A DNA stretch of 57,336 bases, filler included, from Basidioascus undulatus (lineage: Eukaryota): the NCBI GenBank assembly GCA_000826855.1. It is 4 parts of 4 records of this genome, joined end to end, with 100 filler letters (N's around TTAATTAATTAA, not from the genome) between each part and the next. Parts side by side here need not be neighbours in the genome. Positions count along the whole stretch, not along the records: positions 43,993 to 57,336 come from JTLS01000821.1; 3 more parts are not named here. The stretch is one strand, 5' to 3'. How positions within the stretch are numbered: position 1 is the stretch's first letter; each line of letters begins with the position of its first letter. The position numbers and the translations under genes were made by a program. This document shows positions 49,794-57,336 of the stretch, piece after piece. The notes beneath the pieces are model-generated. The model was given only the letters and a program-made list of their open reading frames with translations. It was not told the origin of the DNA and did not search any database.

Positions 49794-50869
49794 GGATGGT
49801 CCAGCTTTCGGTTTTCTTTTTGATAAGACAATGGCGCACGACCACCTTTCGTCTTTTCCCGTCTTCCACGCGACTTCTCTTTTTCTCGTCTTTGTGTCTG
49901 TACCAACGTAGCACCATACCTCCGCATCGCATCCCTGGACACTATCCCTCTGCTATCCGACTCGCATTCGCCTTTGCTCTTAACTGTATAACCCACATCG
50001 CATAATTCTGGTATTCTTCGCATTCTATCCTTGACGTCCCGTTCGTTTTCGATCTCTTGGTTGTTGGACGTCGGACGTTAGAGTAGCGCATGGACGCTGG
50101 GTCGCTGGGCCGACCCACCTTGTTTCTTCATTCTGTGTTGGGCTGTTGGGCTGCATGGACGTGTACTGTATGCCGGTGGGTCGTTTGAGCGTCAATTTCG
50201 GGAAGGAAAGGATGTGTCGTCCCGGGGGAAAAGCACGGCAGTCGACAGAATGGACCACCTGAGCCGCCGTAACCCACCACGAACTTCAGCTCCCAGCACC
50301 GGGCGACGCTGCTGATTCTCACCAGCTATCTTTGTCCTCCGGTACTGGTTCATCCATTAGTACCTGGTCGCGGTCGCCCCCCCTGTCGCCATAGTCCTGA
50401 AGCGTATCGACAACCGATGAGAAGCAGCGTCGCTGCATCGATCTCATTTGGTCTTGTCCCGTAAGCAGATGCGGGGGAAGAGCTTCACCGGGAAAAAGCA
50501 AGCCTGTACATGTCGTGGGTCCCCTATCAGCCTCACGGGCCAGAAATCAAGATACAGAATGCAAAGCAAACAGATTTCGACAGATACACGCATGCGCAGC
50601 CCTGCGACGGTCAACAGCATTCCTGCACAACACCCACGGATAGGGACGAAAGCAATAACTGTAAGTCCGGAACCCGATCTCCAATATGTGATATATGCTG
50701 GCCAATGCTAGTGGGAACATATCTGGCTAAGTTAGCTCGTTTTCGACTGCTACGAGCACTGTCTCGCGGGATTTGCAGAGACGCGAGCGTTGCCTGCATC
50801 GCAGCATAAATGTCCGGAACTTAGGCTCGTATCGCCACCATCTCCCACTCTTCCCTCACACCTTACCAC

Positions 50870-52006
50870 AATTCCGTTTACAAGAACGTCAAAGACTCTC
50901 TCCTTTCGGTGTACTTCTTCCAGCCGCCGAAGACGCACGACAGCGCCCAGACGACTGCCGAGCTCTTCCCCCTCCCGCTCGAGCAGACGCAGGTGTCCCA
51001 GCACGCCCATTTGCTCGTCCTCCAACTCCTCAAGAACGATGCCCTCCGCGACGCCTGTGGCCCCCCTGCTCCGCCCGGTCGGAGACGACCCCTTCACGCT
51101 GATCAACGACCAGACCGCGAGCGACGCAGAGAAGCGGGACGTCCGACCGGCTGCGGGCCGGAGAACAGGATAGGTAACGGACCTTACGGGGACGATCGGG
51201 ACTTCTTCATCGAGACCCCAGTCCACGAGTATGTTTTGGTGGCTCCGCGTGTACGTCCTTCTATGCTCCACTGCAGTGCCGTCTTTGCGATCCCGGGCTC
51301 ATCGCCTCCTCATCTCCCGGCAGCACGTCCTCAACCTCTCGGAGCTCATGAAGAATTATGGCGGGAAGCACCGGATCTCTAAGCGCCACATCTTCTTCGC
51401 CGCCGTCCTCATCCTACAGGGCATCGCGCCATGGCTGCGTAGGCGTCGCTACGGCAGCCAGTCTACGCCGCCGCGGTACGCCTCGACAACATGCCTCGCT
51501 CACGGGACAGCTGCGTCACCCCCGCGGGGAAGAGACGGACGAGTGGGAGGGCGACTGTGCGCACTAAGTCGAGGACAGGGTTTTCGGCGGGACGCTCGGG
51601 TGCTACGCCGACAGTCTGGTGAAGGACTTCAGCAGCGAGGTGCGTCTTTCTACAACTTGTGACCGAAATGCTGGAGGTGATACTGCATTTCGGAACTTTG
51701 TTAAAGACCAGCGAGATTTCCGCTATCCTCTTTCGCAGTAGTAACCGCTAGCACGCAATAGTTTTAGACCCTGCCAACATCAACTTCCTGTCTTTCCCGG
51801 CTAAGGCGAAGCTCAAGGTCGACAAGCAAAAGGTCCAGGACAGTCTTCAATTCTTCTTCCACGACGTGTACGTGCTCTGCGTTCGACGCGGCAACCCCGA
51901 GGTGCTGTAGAAGCTGTTCAAGCCTATTAAGGGCGACGAGGGATGGGTCGGGGAGGGAGGAAAGGAACAACAGGTAGATGGTGGGGTTGTAATGGAGGGG
52001 AAGTGA
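50870..52006 (+). pseudogene. Disrupted hypothetical protein gene
   Basis: Coding-like, high-GC3 segments (KNVKDSLLSVYFFQPPK, GDDRDFFIETPVHE, HIFFAAVLILQGIAPWL, GDCAH*VEDRVFGG, FFFHDVYVLCVRRGNPEVL*KLFKP) in shifting frames with internal stops. Confidence 0.45.
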
Positions 52007-53120
52007 GGCGAAAGCAGGATGTAGGGCTGGAGCCGAAAGTGCGGAGAGCGAAGAGGATAAAGGGCTTGAGGAACTCGATTGTCTGGGATGAGGTTTGAAG
52101 AATTAGTGAAAGTTCTAAGGAATCGAACTGTATTCCAACTTCGAAAGGGCACTCGGTCGCAAGTCGCAGGTAGTAGCACATTGCAGTCGTAGGCTTCGGA
52201 CCCTTGCCGACAGGTGCACTTTGACCAGACGTTACTGCCACGCCACGCAACGCCAGGCCATTGCTTTCAGACGTGATAAGTGAAAGGTACTTCGACCGGG
52301 GCAGTGGAGCACATTCGGTGCTTTTGACCGCCAGAGTGAGGGAGAGCATTACACCCTTGCATGCAGGTCCAGAGGAGGAACTGTCCATGGGTCTCAATTC
52401 TCTAGAATGATTTTTGGTACCCAGTTTCAGAAGGCAAAAGACACAGAGGAAGAGAAATCAAAGAAGATCTGGCGAAAAAAACGAGCCTCAGGTGAGGTTG
52501 TTCCAGCTTTGAAGTTCCATCTTTAGGTCTGCGTCCCCCTGATACCCGCAGCATTTCAAGAGGCCCTCAGCGTAGAGAGTCTCTCATTGGCAGTGCGTGA
52601 ACCATCGAGTCTCTCGTTTGGGAGCAGGGGCGCTGCACTGGAGCCAGCTCCGCTGAGCACTCCAGCACGACTGTCGCGTCCGGGGTTTCGGAATCCGCCT
52701 GCTTGTCTACTACGGCCCCAGGTTATAGGTCACAATGTAGGAACAGATTATATGAAAGCGTGCACAGGACTCCGACAGGTGGGAAGCGTACAGTACACAG
52801 CAATGTACCGGGCATGACTCATTGAGAGGATTACCCGTCGGCCCGGACGTCGCAATCGCTGCCGTCCAATCAATCGCGTCCAGATCTTCGCCTCGCCTCG
52901 TTGCCTTGCTTCGTCTCGCTGCTCACACTTCAGATTGTTCCAGCATTCTGTTTTCTAGCATCAGTACGCATATCCTCGGGTTTCTTACTTGTCTCGACTC
53001 CCTGACGTCCGGCGGCTTTGGCAGCACTCCCGCTCGTTCAAGCGTACGTCGGGTGTTCCCAGTGTCCCACACCACGTTGCGTACGGAAAGACTAGTGTTC
53101 CCCTTCCTTTTGTCCAGGCC

Positions 53121-55260
53121 ATGTCCGAAGTCATTTCGCTTTCCGTGATGGCGCAAGGCGCAGAAAACACTTCGGATGGTGCAGCATCGGTTTCTTCTTC
53201 CCCCGAGGCCCGTCCCCGCAAGGACGTTGTCCATCTGGGTCGCTGGACGGTCCCTCGTGAGCCGGCGGTGATTGCAGTTGTACGTGTTACAGTGGCCGAT
53301 GCATTGAAAAGCTCTCTTACGGTGCTGACTTGCTGTTTCGAAGGCTTTCTTCACTTGCCTCGCCATTGGGCTCAACGATAGCGCAACGGGGGCCAATCTT
53401 CCGTCCATTCAAGAGCACTAGTGCGTGAAAATTTTCTGTCTCCTTTGCATGTGAACTGTGATATGCTGACCACGATCGTCGTGACAGCGGTCTGACATAC
53501 CAGACCGTCTCTCTAACCTTCTTGGGTTATGTGCTGGGGTGAGTCCACCCCGGTCCCAGCGTGAAACCAGCGTTAATCTCTCTTCGTCCCCAGCTACTTC
53601 ATCTCGAGCGCAACGAGCTCGACCGCGATGCACCACCTGGGCATGCAGCGCACGCTTTTAGTTCGCCTTTCATCCATCCCGCTCACTTGTATACGATTGA
53701 CTAACTCCAGGCCATTTCTCCATCAGCTTTCGAGTGCAGTGTACGCGGGCGGCGCAATCCTTGCAGCCGTTGCACCTCCATATCCCGCGCTGGTGTTTGC
53801 GCTCGTCCTCCTCGGCTCAGGCGGCGGGCTATATGATACGGCAGCGAGCAGCGCAATCGCTCATGTGGGTCAACAGCACGCAGTCATTTCCCTATGCCAT
53901 CTTTTCTGACGATCATTGATACAGTTCGAGAATGGACCGCTGATGAGCATCGTGTACTCCTCCTTTGCGGTCGGCTCGGTACGCTCGCATTTAACTGTAG
54001 ATGAGGACGCTGTGGACCAGGCTCACTTTGTTTCTTAGTTGACTGCGCCGTTCATCATTGGTGCTCTCGCCCAGCACGGCGCAGCTTGGAACGTGAGCGA
54101 CCCTTCCCCTGTCGTTTTCGCCGGAGAGGTCTCTTCTCACCACCTCTTCTCCTCCGCATGAAGCTGTACTATTGGTTCCCTTGCGGTCTTGCCGCCCTTC
54201 TTGCACCCGTGCAGTTCATCACCTTCGCCTCCTACTCTCCCAAAATCGAGGAGAACCCGCAGGCGACGACTGCAGCGCAATGCCTTCGTCGGAGCCTCAG
54301 GCTGCCGACTGTCTGGTGCGCCATCTCACGCCGCCATATTGCCTATCAACGAAAATCTCATGCGCTGAGGGATAACAGGGTCGGAGGCATTCTTATCCTT
54401 CTGATGTTCACCCTGCAGGACACGTTTAGGTGCCTTTCCGATAGTGTATCCCTCTTCATTGCTACAACGCTGAAATGTACGCCATGACTGCGGCGACGCA
54501 TCCAGCTCCTGGATCGTCGAATACCTCCTGCAAGTCAAGCACGCTCAAGACGGTCTGGCCCAGTACCAGCTTTCGGGTTTCTGGGGAGGTATGCAGCCCC
54601 TCCCACGGATCCGCTCCTACCCACTCTCTTTTATTGAGTGCCCTTTTCCTCAGGTGTCGCCATTGGTCGTATTGCGCTTGCGTATCCCTCTCACAAGCTG
54701 GGCGCACGGCTTTCGAACACTTCGCTCACAGTCCTCGCTGCTGGTCTCCTCGGGATTATCTGGGGAGTGAAGGACACAGTGGGAGTAGCGGTCGCGGTCG
54801 CTTTCGTCGGGGTTTTCATTGGGTGAGCAAGGGAAGGTGTCGGATGCTCCTCAAAACTTAGTGATGGCTGATACAGGCGGTTCAGCCCAATCATCCCGAA
54901 CATCATTTCGCTCGTTTCGAACCGTGCACCGCCGAGCATCAAGAACGCCGTGGTGTCGCTCATTATTGGTACGGTGCCTACCCTCTCCGCGAAAGCGACT
55001 ACAGGCCCTCACATTCCTTGTCTCATCCTATCTGGCATACAGGAATGGGACTCCTAGGATCCGCAGTCGGTCCGCTCGTCTTCGGCCAAGCTGCCCAGTT
55101 CGTCGGCGTGGACGTCCTGCCCGGGTTGATCGTATGTCGTCCTTCCGTCTTCCTCTAAATCTGCCGGGATTGATTTTTGCTTGTCATCTTGCAGATTGTA
55201 CTGGTTGGCCTTTGCACAGTGGGCTTTTTGTGCATGCCGCCAGAGAAGGTGAAGCAGTAG
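53121..55260 (+). CDS. Major facilitator superfamily transporter (BSC6/TsgA-like), about 14 exons
   Basis: Splices in frame to about 12 hydrophobic helices: AIGLNDSATGANLPSIQEHY, GSGGGLYD, YSSFAVGSLTAPFI, WNLYYW, SSWIVEYL, SGFWGGVAIGR, GVFIGPIIP, GLLGSAVGP; stop at 55258-55260. Confidence 0.85.
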
Positions 55261-56392
55261 ACGCCACGGCTGCGGGATCCGTATTTACCCTATCTTGGCT
55301 TGAATGTTGAGCTGGTGAATCTCCTAAAAGTGTCGGAAGGATATGCGTTTGGCTGGAAAGCATCAGCACAAGTCGTGAAACGTCATCTTTCCGTGAAACT
55401 GTCCGCTGAGTTCACTTGGGTATTGCGATGGGCTCGCCAGGAAGACGTTGAGCCGTTCTCTTTCGAATGAACCGAAGCAGAACTTCCGAGCTAACATGCC
55501 AACCGCAATATCCCTTGTGAGCAAATGCATTGCAGTCTGCCGGTCAGCGCTGCAACGCTGCCACGCTGATCCCATACGCCCTGTCCACCTTTGCCATTCT
55601 ACAACACTCATTCTGTCATATACCCTACCGTGCAGTGTACCGTCTCTTACATAACAGGCTGAAGAACATCCTTTCAAGTTGGACGTCGCCCTCGCATCTC
55701 CATTGGGAACAACACGTTACACGACGCCCAGGAGGAGTCCGAGTGCAACTGGCTGAAATGGGACGCTCCTGTCTCAGGCTGCCTGAGTCTCTCTCGTCAT
55801 CGACTACATAACGCACAAGAATCCCCACACAGATTGTAACCTGCTCACACCTCTTCACCGTCTTTCATCGCGCACCCACCGGACCGCCAGCCCCGCCAGA
55901 ACCCTTCTCCGCGTTTCACCCCTCGTGATCAATCACGCCAGCCTACCCACGTGTCCACCTCCGAAACGAGAGCGCACAAATCGCCTCCCGGTCCGTCCCG
56001 AATAGCCGCTTATCTCGGGGTGGAGGGAAGGGAGACGACGGGATAGGGGATGGGAGGAGGGGAGAGCCGATGAGCGCCGGGAATTATATATTGGGGACGC
56101 TGGGACTTCGTACGAGTTTGCTGCGAGTCGTGTGCGTGCGCGTAAGTGCTGTGAAGACCTGGGATCCAGATCGGGATCCAGAGCGCAGCCCGCATACAGT
56201 TTTCAATGCGTTTTCCCAAATGCATTCAAAAAACAGAGAATCAAGTAAACTATTGTATCAACGGCAAAAATCAAAATCAAAGATCAAGGAGGGTAACATC
56301 TTGTCATTCTACGTGGGGGTTCAAGCAAGTGCAATGCGACGAATCAGGCGAAAGAAAGAAGACGGAAGGGGAAGGGGAGGGTGAGACGACGC

Positions 56393-57200
<808 letters not shown>

Positions 57201-57336
57201 TCATATCAGTTCTCGCCTTCCTACCATACTAACTCAAAACCGAGGGCGGAGAGAAGAGAAGGGAAAGTGAGAGGGGGAAAGGGAGGGGGAGGAAGTAGGG
57301 GAATGGGGAATTGGGAATTGGGGGGGACGGGAACTG

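Overview
Eukaryotic, intron-rich, GC-rich fungal DNA (basidiomycete-like, judged from the proteins and the GTGCGT/GTACGT...CTGAC...YAG introns). It is four contigs joined by artificial 100-nt spacers (44 N + TTAATTAATTAA + 44 N at 17016-17115, 30470-30569 and 43893-43992), so synteny across the spacers is not established. Apparently intact genes: class V myosin-motor chitin synthase, DBP4, MRPL24, BUD22, CCT7, a RING-H2 E3 ligase (5' end cut by a gap), a secreted GPI-type aspartic protease, a BSC6-like MFS transporter and the 3' part of NADP-isocitrate dehydrogenase. Between them lie many broken accessory genes: BTB protein, dienelactone hydrolase, TauD dioxygenase, fungal transcription-factor domain, DyP peroxidase and copper amine oxidase. 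Contig 3 has no recognisably intact gene and carries a perfect 77-bp inverted repeat about 10.2 kb apart. Contig 4 starts with a ~2-kb CpG-depleted relic: two arrays of CTGTC-N3-GACAG palindromes around a decayed coding minisatellite. I see no clear-cut novel system. The best leads are the inverted-repeat-bounded mosaic of gene fragments, the palindrome-array element and the selective decay of catabolic genes. All exon boundaries were read by eye.
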